From a virus (Duplodnaviria > Caudoviricetes), in the IMG/VR virus record IMGVR_UViG_3300037479_000624, positions 1-24,442 of that record: 24,442 bases of DNA; one strand, written 5' to 3'. The notes beneath the pieces were generated by a model, which worked only from the letters and a program-made list of their open reading frames with translations, was not told the origin of the DNA and searched no databases. Positions 7,868-16,049 of this stretch are shown one piece after another. Numbering within the stretch: the first letter of the stretch is position 1; each line of letters opens with the position of its first letter. Both the position numbers and the translations under genes were made by a program.

Positions 7868-8773
7868 ATGATCTTCAACGAAGCGTGGTTCGTCCACGCC
7901 CTCAACGCCGAGGTGGATCTGCTCGCGCAGCAGCTCGAGCAGGCCACCCGCGGCAGCTACCGCCTCAAGGATGGGGTGATCGGCAAGACCTGGCCGTTCA
8001 ACATGATCGGCCCGGCCCGCATGAGCCCCATCACGCGGGACAGCGATACGACCTACGTCAACCCCGGCCAGACCAAGCGCCGGGCCCAGCTCGTCGACCG
8101 CGGCGTGGCGGCCCTCATCGACGACTTCGACCGCATCAAGACGGTGGCCGACATCGACCCGGCCATCACGGAGACGCTCGCCGCCGCCAAGAACCGCGAG
8201 AAGGACGTCATCTGCATCAGCGCCGCGCTCGGCAACGCGGTCACCGTCGACGAGGCCGGCGAGGTGACCGGCGTCCAGGCGCTCCCGGGCAGCCAGACGA
8301 TCGCCCACGGCAGCGTCGGCCTCACGGTGGCCAAGGTGCTCGACGTGAACGAGCGGTTCAACAAGGCCAACGTGCCCCAGCAGGATCGGTACATGTTCTA
8401 TTCGGCCGAGGCCATGACCGACCTGCTCCAGAACACGCAGGTCACGGACTCGAACTTCAACACCATCAAGGCCCTGGCCGAGGGCGGATTCCCGCAGGAC
8501 CAGAAGTGGTGCAACCTCTTCTGGCGGATGGTGACGGGCTTCATCGACGAGGCCCAGACCATCCCCATCCTGCCCAAGACCGGCAACATCCGCACCTGCG
8601 TCGCCTGGCAGAAGCGCGGCGTCGGCGTGGCCATGGGGCTCGACAAGAGCATCGAGACCGGGCCGGCCCCGCACAAGTGGAACAACCAGCAGATGGTGCT
8701 CAAGCTCTCGATGGGCGCGGTCCGCATCCAGGATGCCTACGTCGTCGCCGTCGAGATCGACGAGAGCGTGTAA
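7868..8773 (+). CDS. major capsid protein
   Basis: 301 aa after scaffold; LAQQ..., F..IG, LIDDFD.IK...D, AAA.NR.KD.I..AALG, C-terminal MGAVRIQD..VV.VE. Confidence 0.9.
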   Translation: MIFNEAWFVHALNAEVDLLAQQLEQATRGSYRLKDGVIGKTWPFNMIGPARMSPITRDSDTTYVNPGQTKRRAQLVDRGVAALIDDFDRIKTVADIDPAITETLAAAKNREKDVICISAALGNAVTVDEAGEVTGVQALPGSQTIAHGSVGLTVAKVLDVNERFNKANVPQQDRYMFYSAEAMTDLLQNTQVTDSNFNTIKALAEGGFPQDQKWCNLFWRMVTGFIDEAQTIPILPKTGNIRTCVAWQKRGVGVAMGLDKSIETGPAPHKWNNQQMVLKLSMGAVRIQDAYVVAVEIDESV

Positions 8774-8782
8774 GGAGGAGCC

Positions 8783-9250
8783 ATGGCGACCTTCTACGGC
8801 AACGAGGTCACCAAGCAGCGCGCCGGGCGCAACCTGAACCCGAGCGAGTGGGGTGGCAAAGAGCGCGTGCTGTCCTGGAGTTTCACCACGCCGGCCGCCG
8901 GCAACGGCGTCGGCGACATCTGGGTGCTCGGGCGACTGCGCAAGGGCGAGCGCATCCTCGGTGGAGGCCAGGAGTTCCACGGGGCCGGCGGCGCCGGCAC
9001 CTTCCACATCGGCACCTACGAGATCGCGGCGAACGGGGATCTCGGCGCCGTGATCGACGCCGACGCCATCGCCACGTCGCTGTCCGCGGCGACCGGCGTC
9101 ACCAATCTGCCCGAGGCCGATACGACCGTCGTGGCGGCGGGCGGGCAGTACGTCGCCGCCCGCGATCAGTACGTGTGCATCACCAACGTCGGCACGGCCT
9201 TCGCGGTGAGCATCCTGTTCGCCGGGCACCTCAACGTCGTCGGCGACTGA
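8783..9250 (+). CDS. putative capsid decoration/cement protein
   Basis: TAAGGAGG RBS immediately after the capsid gene; beta-rich; GD...LGRL.KG.RI pattern. Confidence 0.65.
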   Translation: MATFYGNEVTKQRAGRNLNPSEWGGKERVLSWSFTTPAAGNGVGDIWVLGRLRKGERILGGGQEFHGAGGAGTFHIGTYEIAANGDLGAVIDADAIATSLSAATGVTNLPEADTTVVAAGGQYVAARDQYVCITNVGTAFAVSILFAGHLNVVGD

Positions 9251-9256
9251 CTCGGC

Positions 9257-9311
9257 GCGGGCGCAGGCCCGCAGGGGAGAGCAGGGCGGCGGTCCGTGGT
9301 GGCCGCCGCCC
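9257..9311 (+). terminator. tandem hairpins after the capsid/decoration genes (terminator or mRNA stabiliser)
   Basis: GCGGGC-gcag-GCCCGC (9257-9272) and 11-bp stem 9284-9294/9301-9311; no U-tract. Confidence 0.45.
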
Positions 9312-9329
9312 GCTGGGCAAGGAGAGGCC

Positions 9330-9548
9330 ATGAGGGCACGCAAGCGGTTCATCGTGAACGCGATCGGCGGGACGTCCGTCACGCTCCAGCCCGAGGCCGC
9401 GGCCAAGGGCCCCGAGGTCGAGCCCGGCGGCCAGCCGAACGTGTGGGGGACGGGCAACCTCGTGCTCACCCAGGGCGCCACGCCGGATGCCACGTTCTGG
9501 AAGGCGGCCCGCAAGTACCTCATCGAAATCTCGGTGGTGGACGGCTGA
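9330..9548 (+). CDS. hypothetical protein
   Basis: AAGGAG RBS; 72 aa. Confidence 0.7.
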   Translation: MRARKRFIVNAIGGTSVTLQPEAAAKGPEVEPGGQPNVWGTGNLVLTQGATPDATFWKAARKYLIEISVVDG

Positions 9549-9549
9549 G

Positions 9550-9915
9550 ATGGCCACGCGGGACCGCGCCGCCGTCTTCACCGGAGACGACGGAATCACC
9601 ATCGAGTGGCTGGGGCTCCTCAACGGCGACGATGGCGCTTACTACGTGATGCCCCCGGGCTACGACTGGAGTGTGGGCGCGTTCGGGACGTGGGGTGTTG
9701 GAGGCACCGTGACGCTGGAGCAGTCCAACGAATCCGGCACGCCGACGAGCCCGCAACCCTGCCATGACGTGCTGAACGTCGCGGCCACGCTGACCGACGC
9801 CGCGGGCAACCGCCACAAGCAGCTCCTGGACACCGCGCGCCAGTTCCGCCCGCGCGTCTCGGCCGGCGACGGGGCGACAGCCCTGACCGTGCGCCTCGTG
9901 GGGAGGCGCCCGTGA
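9550..9915 (+). CDS. beta-rich putative virion accessory protein
   Basis: ATG 1 nt after upstream stop; GTWG.GTVTLEQSN motif. Confidence 0.7.
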   Translation: MATRDRAAVFTGDDGITIEWLGLLNGDDGAYYVMPPGYDWSVGAFGTWGVGGTVTLEQSNESGTPTSPQPCHDVLNVAATLTDAAGNRHKQLLDTARQFRPRVSAGDGATALTVRLVGRRP

Positions 9916-10379
9916 ACCTCGCGCAGATGCTCGCAGACGTGCAGCGCGCCTGCCACCAGATCGGCCGGCCCCTCGTCGAGCTGGAGCGGCATCTTGGCGA
10001 GGCGGTGGAGCTGGAGTCCTCCCTGGCCACCGCGCGCCAGCAGCGCGCCCAGGCCGAGGCGTCCGTGGCCGAGGTGATGGCGCAGCTGGCCACGGCCCGC
10101 GCGGACCTGGAGCGCGTGGCCGCGGAGCTTGCGGACGTCCGCCGCACCGCCGCGGCCGAACGACGCCAGCTCGAGCAGCAGAGCGTCGAGGCTCGCGCGC
10201 AGACCGAGCGCGCCATCGCGCAAGCCAGCCACGATCTGGAGACCACGCGCACGGCCATGCGTGCGGAGCATGACCGACAGGCCGCCACCCTGTGCGAGAA
10301 CATCGCGGAACTCACCGCCCAGCGCGATGCCTTGGTGCGCGCGATTGACGATGCCAAGGCCCGCGTGGCGAGTATGTAG
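9912..10379 (+). CDS. coiled-coil protein
   Basis: GGGAGG RBS, GTG start; heptad-rich A/E/R/Q composition. Confidence 0.75.
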   Translation: MNLAQMLADVQRACHQIGRPLVELERHLGEAVELESSLATARQQRAQAEASVAEVMAQLATARADLERVAAELADVRRTAAAERRQLEQQSVEARAQTERAIAQASHDLETTRTAMRAEHDRQAATLCENIAELTAQRDALVRAIDDAKARVASM

Positions 10380-10390
10380 GCGGGGGCGCC

Positions 10391-10672
10391 GTGGCGACGG
10401 GGACGACCACGATTGACTTCGGCACGGCGACCCAGAAGCCCGGAGACATCCGGAAGACCATCACCGGGCAGGACGATATTCTCGCGGGCTCACTCGTGGA
10501 AGCCTGGGTCCGCGCGGAGGCGTCGGTGGACCACACCAGCGATGAGCACATGATCGAGGCCCTCAAGGTCGAGGCGGGGAACATCGTCGAAGGGGTGGGG
10601 TTCGACATCGTGGCGACGTGCACGCTCGGGTCGACCTACGGCCTCTGGCACGTCAACTGGGCGTGGATCTAG
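10391..10672 (+). CDS. hypothetical (putative virion) protein
   Basis: 93 aa beta-rich, GTG start. Confidence 0.7.
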   Translation: MATGTTTIDFGTATQKPGDIRKTITGQDDILAGSLVEAWVRAEASVDHTSDEHMIEALKVEAGNIVEGVGFDIVATCTLGSTYGLWHVNWAWI

Positions 10673-11299
10673 GTGGCCATCAAGATCATCGGATCGACCA
10701 GTGGCGCCGAGCTGGAGACCGACGCCAACAAGAATGTCTATGTCCGCCGAGGTCTGACGGAATACGGAGCGGCCGGCGGGGGATACAGCGTCGCGGGGGC
10801 GACCTCGGCGGTCGTCGCGGCGGCCCTCGCGGCGAACACGACGCTCATGGCGATGCGGTTCAATCCCGCGTCCGCCCGCAGAGCGTACATCACCCGGATG
10901 TATGTGGCGTTCTCGCCGGCCACGTTGGGAGCCTCCGGCGGCGTCGCGGGCACGCTTGGGCTCCAGAAGTTCACGACGGCGACGCCCACGGGAGGTACGG
11001 CGAGAACACCGCTCCGGAAAAACGCGAGCACGGGCTCGGGCACGGACATGACCGACGTGCGCGACAGCAACGCGGCCCTGACGGTGACCGGGGTGGCGTT
11101 TGCGGAGTACGTGGCGATGTCGTTGGTCCCGCTCTTCGTGTCGTCGGCTGGCGGGTTCCTGTGGCAGTGGAGCGCCGAGAACGCCGGGGAGCCCGTAGTG
11201 CTGAACGCGGGCGACGGCCTCTGTCTGCGGACGGTCGTGGCCATGGCCGCGACGCAGACGTGGCTCTACGCCTACACCTTCGACTGGTTCGAGCGGTGA
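10673..11299 (+). CDS. hypothetical beta-rich putative virion protein
   Basis: 208 aa, A/T/G-rich; C-terminal PVVLNAGDGLCL...DWFE. Confidence 0.75.
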   Translation: MAIKIIGSTSGAELETDANKNVYVRRGLTEYGAAGGGYSVAGATSAVVAAALAANTTLMAMRFNPASARRAYITRMYVAFSPATLGASGGVAGTLGLQKFTTATPTGGTARTPLRKNASTGSGTDMTDVRDSNAALTVTGVAFAEYVAMSLVPLFVSSAGGFLWQWSAENAGEPVVLNAGDGLCLRTVVAMAATQTWLYAYTFDWFER

Positions 11300-11388
11300 G
11301 CGTCCTGGTCGCGCTCCCCGGGCAAACACCCCCGGCGGCGCTCGCGCTGGCCATCTACATTCCCACATTCCGGCCCCGGAGACGCTGA
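11296..11388 (+). CDS. 30-aa peptide ending IYIPTFRPRRR
   Basis: GTGA coupling to upstream gene. Confidence 0.4.
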   Translation: MSVLVALPGQTPPAALALAIYIPTFRPRRR

Positions 11389-11493
11389 TGGCCGCGTCCG
11401 ACGTCGCCATTGACGCCGACCGCCGCCGGAGATTTCGTCGTCGAGTGGCAAGGCCCCATGATCCGTGCGCCTGGCCGGGTCCGTCCGTGAGAC

Positions 11494-12144
11494 ATGGCAG
11501 ACTCTGAGGTCGCCATCGTCAACCAGGTCCTCGTGCAGCTCGGGCAGACGCCCCTCGTCAGCCTGGACGACGAGACGGACGTGGCGCTCACCGCCCGCAC
11601 GCTGTACGCGCCGACGCGCGATGAGATCCTGGCCGACCACCCCTGGAACTTCGCCATCCGCCGCGCAGGGCTCGTGCAGATCGCCGACCCGCCGGCGCCG
11701 GCCGATCCGATCCCCCTCTACGGCTTCGCCTACGCCTACCAACTCCCGCCCGGGGGCGAGTCCACGGAGCCCCCGTACTGCCTGCGCGTGCTCGACACCA
11801 GCGAGGACGGCACGTGGGGCTCGCCCGTGTCCGGCTGGTGGGGCCCGTGGAACTGGTCGGAGCTGTGGCAGGTGGAGGGCCGCACGCTCGTCACCAACGC
11901 CACAGCCATCCAGATTCGCTACGCCGGCCGGATCACGGACACCGTGCTGTTCGCGCCGTGGTTCGAGCGGGCCCTCGTGGCGGCTTTGACCGCGAAGCTA
12001 GCCGGGCCGCTGCGCCAGTCGGACGCGGCCATCGAGTTGTGGGAGAAGAAGTTCGAGCGCGCGCTCAGCCGCGCCAGGGCGATCGACGGGCAGGAGGGCC
12101 GCTACGCGCCGCGCGCCGCGTATGACCTGCTGATCGTCCGGTAG
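11494..12144 (+). CDS. tail tubular protein A / head-tail adaptor (T7 gp11-like)
   Basis: SEVAIVN..L..LG, L..HPWNFA.RR, Y.YQLP..CLRV, F..ALVAAL.AKLA, A.AIDGQE. Confidence 0.88.
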   Translation: MADSEVAIVNQVLVQLGQTPLVSLDDETDVALTARTLYAPTRDEILADHPWNFAIRRAGLVQIADPPAPADPIPLYGFAYAYQLPPGGESTEPPYCLRVLDTSEDGTWGSPVSGWWGPWNWSELWQVEGRTLVTNATAIQIRYAGRITDTVLFAPWFERALVAALTAKLAGPLRQSDAAIELWEKKFERALSRARAIDGQEGRYAPRAAYDLLIVR

Positions 12145-12148
12145 GCCC

Positions 12149-14605
12149 ATGCCCCGCGGGCGCATCCCGACCACCTCGTGGTCCCGCGGCGAGATCGACC
12201 CGCTACTCGAAGGCCGCGTCGACCTGGAGCAGTACTACAACGGCGCCCGCACCCTCGAAAACATGCTGGTGCGGGAGACGGGCCCCGCCCAGCGCCGGCC
12301 GGGCACGCGCTTTGTCGGCGCCACCAAGACGCCGAGCGAGACGGCCAAGCTCGTGCCCTTCATCTTCTCCGAGAGCCAGGTGTACATGCTGCTCTTCGGC
12401 GAGGGGTACATCTGGGTCTACAAGGACAACGCCCGCGTGGGCACCGTCGAGATCCCCACGCCCTACCTGGAAGAGGACCTGCCGCTCCTGCGCTTCGAGC
12501 AGAGCGCCGATGTGCTCTACATCGCGTGCACCTTCTACCAGCCGCGCGTGCTGGAGCGCTACAGCGACACCGACTGGCGGCTGAAGGTCTTTCCGCCCAC
12601 CCAGGCCGGCACGCCGCCGAGCCGGGAGTACGGCGAGCGCCCCTCGGCCACCGTCACGCCGAGCGCCACCACCGGGACCGGCGTGACCTTCACGGCCAGC
12701 GCGGCACAGTTCCTGGCCTCCGACGTGGGGCGCTTCATCGCGATCCTGGCGGGCGCCAACGCCGGGGCGCGGGCTCTCATCACCGGCTTCACCAGCTCGA
12801 CCCAGGTGACCGGCGATGTCATCGACAACTTCGTGACCCTCGCGGCGAACGCGGCGACGGACTGGAAGCTCACCGACTCGCCGGTGACGACCTGCACGCC
12901 GAGCGCGGCCGGCCCGGTGGGCGCCACCATCACCCTGACGCTCGGCGCCGCCGGCTGGCGCTCCACCGACGTCGGCAAGTTCGTCTTCATCAACGGCGGG
13001 ACGTGCCTCATCACGAGCATCACCACGACGACGGTGGCGAACGCCAAGGTGCTCACCGCCCTCAGTGGCACGACGGCGGCGCAGGGTGGAGCCTGGCTGC
13101 TGGAGGAGACCGCGTGGTCGTCCTTCAACGGGTTCCCCGCGGCGGTGTCCTTCGGCCCCGGCGATCGCCTGTTCTGGGCGGGGACGCTGGCGCAGCCGAC
13201 GACCGTCTGGGGCTCGGCGGTGGGGGACTACACGAACTACGCCGCGGGCTCACTCGATGACGAGGCGGTGGAGTTCAGCCTGAACACCCGCGAGGTCAAC
13301 CAGATCGTGTGGCTCGCGTCCGGCAAGGATCTCATCGCCGGGACGCTCGGCGTGGGGATCCCCATCACGACGGCGAACGATACGCCGTTGACGCCCTCCA
13401 ATCCCCCGTCCTCGTTCCCCGAGGCGCGGTACGGCGCGTCGCCGCTCGTGGCGCCCGTCAAGGTGGGCAATGCCATCCTGTTCCCCTCGCGCAGCGGCCG
13501 GCGCCTGCGCGAGCTGGTGTACCGCTACGAGGAGGACGCCTATCGGGCGCCGGATCTGCTGCAGCTCGCCGGGCACCTCACGCGCGGCGCGGGCCCGCCG
13601 CCCGACGGGGAGCCCGTCACGATCCCGCGGCGCCTCGTCGACCTGGCCTACCAGGAGGAGCCTGTCTCGACGATCTGGGCGGTGCGCGAGGACGGCGTGC
13701 TCCTGGCCTGCACCTATCTCCGCTACGAGAACGTGGTCGCGTGGTCGCGCGTGGTCATGAACGGCCGCGTCGAGGCCGTCGCCGTCATCCCGCACCCGGA
13801 CCAGGACCGCGAGCAGGTGTGGCTCATCGTCCGGCGCAATATTGGGGGCGCGGTGTGCCGTTACGTGGAGTACCTGGACGACTCCACCATCGTCTACGAC
13901 CGGCGCCACGTGGACGCGGCCGTGACCTACGACTTCACCGTGACCGGCAAAACCTGTCAGCCGCTCGCGGTGGAGGGCATCGGTGTCACCTTCGTCGGCA
14001 GCGGGGGCCCCTTCGCCGTGGGCGACGTCGGCAAGCAGATCCGCAATCTCCAGGGCACCGGCATCGCCACCATCACCGCGTTCACGGATGCCGACCACGT
14101 GACGGCGGATATCATCGCGCCGTTCCCCTCGACGGCGCCCATGGCCTCGGGTGCCTGGGCCCTCTGCCCGTTCACGCTCACGGGGCTCGGCCACCTCGAC
14201 GGCTACATCGTCGACGTGCAGGGGGATGGGGTGGCGTTCCCGCAGCAGCTCGTCGTCGGCGGCGCCATCACCCTCGACGCCACCGCGGTCAGGCTCGAAG
14301 TGGGCAGCCACTATTCGTCCATCCTCACCACGGTTCGGCCCGGCCAGCTCGAGCAGGCCCTCGACAAGCGCCTGGGCGAGATCCTGGTGCGCCTCCACGA
14401 GAGCCTGGGCATGACCGTCAATGGCGAGGCGGTGACCTTTCGCTCGACGTCGGACCCGCTGGACACGCCCCCGCCGCTCTTCACGGGCGACAAGAAGGTA
14501 ACCAAGCTCGGCATCGACAACGAGGGGCGCATCACCATTCGCCAGGACCAGCCCTTGCCACTGACCGTCTCCTACGTGTCGGGGTTGTATCAGACGGGCG
14601 CATGA
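12149..14605 (+). CDS. tail tubular protein B / nozzle (T7 gp12, P22 gp10-like)
   Basis: GEIDPLL.GRVDL..Y, RRPGT.FV, LVPF.FS, QSADV, G.P.AV.F..RL, AYQ.EP...W.V..DG.L, Q.QPLPLTV. Confidence 0.9.
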   Translation: MPRGRIPTTSWSRGEIDPLLEGRVDLEQYYNGARTLENMLVRETGPAQRRPGTRFVGATKTPSETAKLVPFIFSESQVYMLLFGEGYIWVYKDNARVGTVEIPTPYLEEDLPLLRFEQSADVLYIACTFYQPRVLERYSDTDWRLKVFPPTQAGTPPSREYGERPSATVTPSATTGTGVTFTASAAQFLASDVGRFIAILAGANAGARALITGFTSSTQVTGDVIDNFVTLAANAATDWKLTDSPVTTCTPSAAGPVGATITLTLGAAGWRSTDVGKFVFINGGTCLITSITTTTVANAKVLTALSGTTAAQGGAWLLEETAWSSFNGFPAAVSFGPGDRLFWAGTLAQPTTVWGSAVGDYTNYAAGSLDDEAVEFSLNTREVNQIVWLASGKDLIAGTLGVGIPITTANDTPLTPSNPPSSFPEARYGASPLVAPVKVGNAILFPSRSGRRLRELVYRYEEDAYRAPDLLQLAGHLTRGAGPPPDGEPVTIPRRLVDLAYQEEPVSTIWAVREDGVLLACTYLRYENVVAWSRVVMNGRVEAVAVIPHPDQDREQVWLIVRRNIGGAVCRYVEYLDDSTIVYDRRHVDAAVTYDFTVTGKTCQPLAVEGIGVTFVGSGGPFAVGDVGKQIRNLQGTGIATITAFTDADHVTADIIAPFPSTAPMASGAWALCPFTLTGLGHLDGYIVDVQGDGVAFPQQLVVGGAITLDATAVRLEVGSHYSSILTTVRPGQLEQALDKRLGEILVRLHESLGMTVNGEAVTFRSTSDPLDTPPPLFTGDKKVTKLGIDNEGRITIRQDQPLPLTVSYVSGLYQTGA

Positions 14606-14943
14606 TGGACGCCAACGGCCGCGACGAGATCGGCGTCAAGCTCCCTGGGGGGGCCGGGGGCTACCTCAAGGGCTTCAATCTCATCATGATCGTCCTCCTG
14701 CTCGGTGGCCTGGCCCTGGCCCTCTACGTGATTCACCTGGACGCGACGGCCGACGCGACGTCGCACGCCGCGATCGCGCAGAACCAGGATCGGCTCGTGA
14801 ACGCCATCACCGTGCAGAACTGGCTCCTGTCGCTGCCCGCCGAGCGCCGGCCACCATTGCCGCCCCCGTGTCCGGCGCTCCGCGCGATCTATGGGACCAT
14901 GGCCATTCCGGGCGAGTGCCGGCCGCCATGGGAGCCCCGGTGA
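14602..14943 (+). CDS. single-TM membrane protein with Pro/Cys tail (start 14602 or 14605)
   Basis: ATGATG overlap with nozzle stop; FNLIMIVLLLGGLALALYVI TM segment. Confidence 0.65.
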   Translation: MMDANGRDEIGVKLPGGAGGYLKGFNLIMIVLLLGGLALALYVIHLDATADATSHAAIAQNQDRLVNAITVQNWLLSLPAERRPPLPPPCPALRAIYGTMAIPGECRPPWEPR

Positions 14944-15461
14944 GCGCCGCGGTCCTTACCAGGACCGGCTACGTCGTGCGCCCCTTCGCACCCGAGGACT
15001 ACGGGATCGTCCACGAGGCCATCCGCGCCGCCGGCGGGCCCGCGCTCGTCAACGACCCGGAGGAGATGGGGCGCCTCTACCGCCACAAGGGCCCCGCCTG
15101 GACGGCGACGTTCGACGGCCGCGTGCTCGGGTGCGCCGGCGTCGTCATCAACTGGATCGGCTGCGGCGTGGCGTGGCTCGTGATGACCCCGGAGGGGCGA
15201 GAGAATCACCCGCTCGTCGCGGCGCGGCTCGTGCGCCGGCTGCTGCCCGAGGCCGCGCGCGGGCTCCGGCGCCTGGAGGCCGACGTGCTGGAGGGGTGGG
15301 AGGCCGGGGAGCGCCTCATGCGCTGGCTCGGCTTCGAGAAGGAAAGCCGGATGCCGCAGTACGGGCCGCGGGGCGAGGCGTTCTGCAAGTGGGCATTCTT
15401 CCCGTATAATTCCTCTATCGTTGACGATGTTCCACGTGAAACGAGGGGGAGATGCGCGTAG
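14940..15461 (+). CDS. GNAT-fold protein (T7 gp13-like position)
   Basis: GTGA coupling; G.VLGCAGV..W.G.G.AW, RRLEADV..., R.MRWLGFEKE..M..YGP.G. Confidence 0.75.
   Translation: MSAAVLTRTGYVVRPFAPEDYGIVHEAIRAAGGPALVNDPEEMGRLYRHKGPAWTATFDGRVLGCAGVVINWIGCGVAWLVMTPEGRENHPLVAARLVRRLLPEAARGLRRLEADVLEGWEAGERLMRWLGFEKESRMPQYGPRGEAFCKWAFFPYNSSIVDDVPRETRGRCA
15428..15443. promoter_or_regulatory. parS-like site TGTTCCACGTGAAACG
   Basis: 15/16 match to the bacterial parS consensus TGTTNCACGTGAAACA; lies in an AT-rich patch. Confidence 0.7.
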
Positions 15462-16048
15462 CCCATCCCTGGGAACCCGACGCCGAGCCCGCCCGCCCGG
15501 GCCTCTGCTCAACCGGCGTGGAGACGGCGCTGCTCGTGGCCGCGGCCGTGGCCGCTGCGGGGACCGCCTACAGCATCTACGCCAGTGGCCAGGCCCAGCA
15601 GGCGGCCGGGGAGTACAACGCGGATGTCGCCGAGCAGCAGGCCCAGGCCGCCCGCGCCTCGGCGGCCGTGGACGAGGAGGCCGCGCGCGAGAAGGCCCGG
15701 CGCATCCAGGCCGCCGCGCGGGCCGCCTACGGCGCCTCGGGCGTGAGCCAGGAGGAAGGCTCACCCCTGCTCGTGCTCATGGACAACGCCGCCCAGGCCG
15801 AGCTGGAGGCCCAGCGCATCCGGTATGCGGGCGAGCTGGCCGCCACGGGCTACGGCAACCAGGCCACGCTGGCGCGCACGCAGGGCGCCCAGGCCGCGCA
15901 GGCGGGCCAGATCGGCGCCGGGATCTCGCTGCTCAGCTCGGGGGCGAGCATCGGCTACCGGGCGTACTACGGGATGAATCGGCCTGGCGACTTCGCGGCG
16001 CTCCAGAGCCCGGCCTATCAGGCGTACCGCCGGGGCGAGCGGTTCTGA
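15452..16048 (+). CDS. small internal virion/ejection protein (T7 gp14 / P22 gp7-like)
   Basis: Hydrophobic Ala-rich N-region, YNA.VA.QQA, A.YGASGV...GSPL. Confidence 0.8.
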   Translation: MRVAHPWEPDAEPARPGLCSTGVETALLVAAAVAAAGTAYSIYASGQAQQAAGEYNADVAEQQAQAARASAAVDEEAAREKARRIQAAARAAYGASGVSQEEGSPLLVLMDNAAQAELEAQRIRYAGELAATGYGNQATLARTQGAQAAQAGQIGAGISLLSSGASIGYRAYYGMNRPGDFAALQSPAYQAYRRGERF

Positions 16049-16049
16049 C

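Noticed and set aside
8740-8790. T7 10A/10B-style capsid frameshift
   Set aside because: No slippery sequence seen near the capsid stop; the next gene has its own strong RBS
11386-11490. TGA readthrough or recoding of the 30-aa peptide into a downstream open frame
   Set aside because: TGA serves as a normal stop throughout the window; no support for an alternative code
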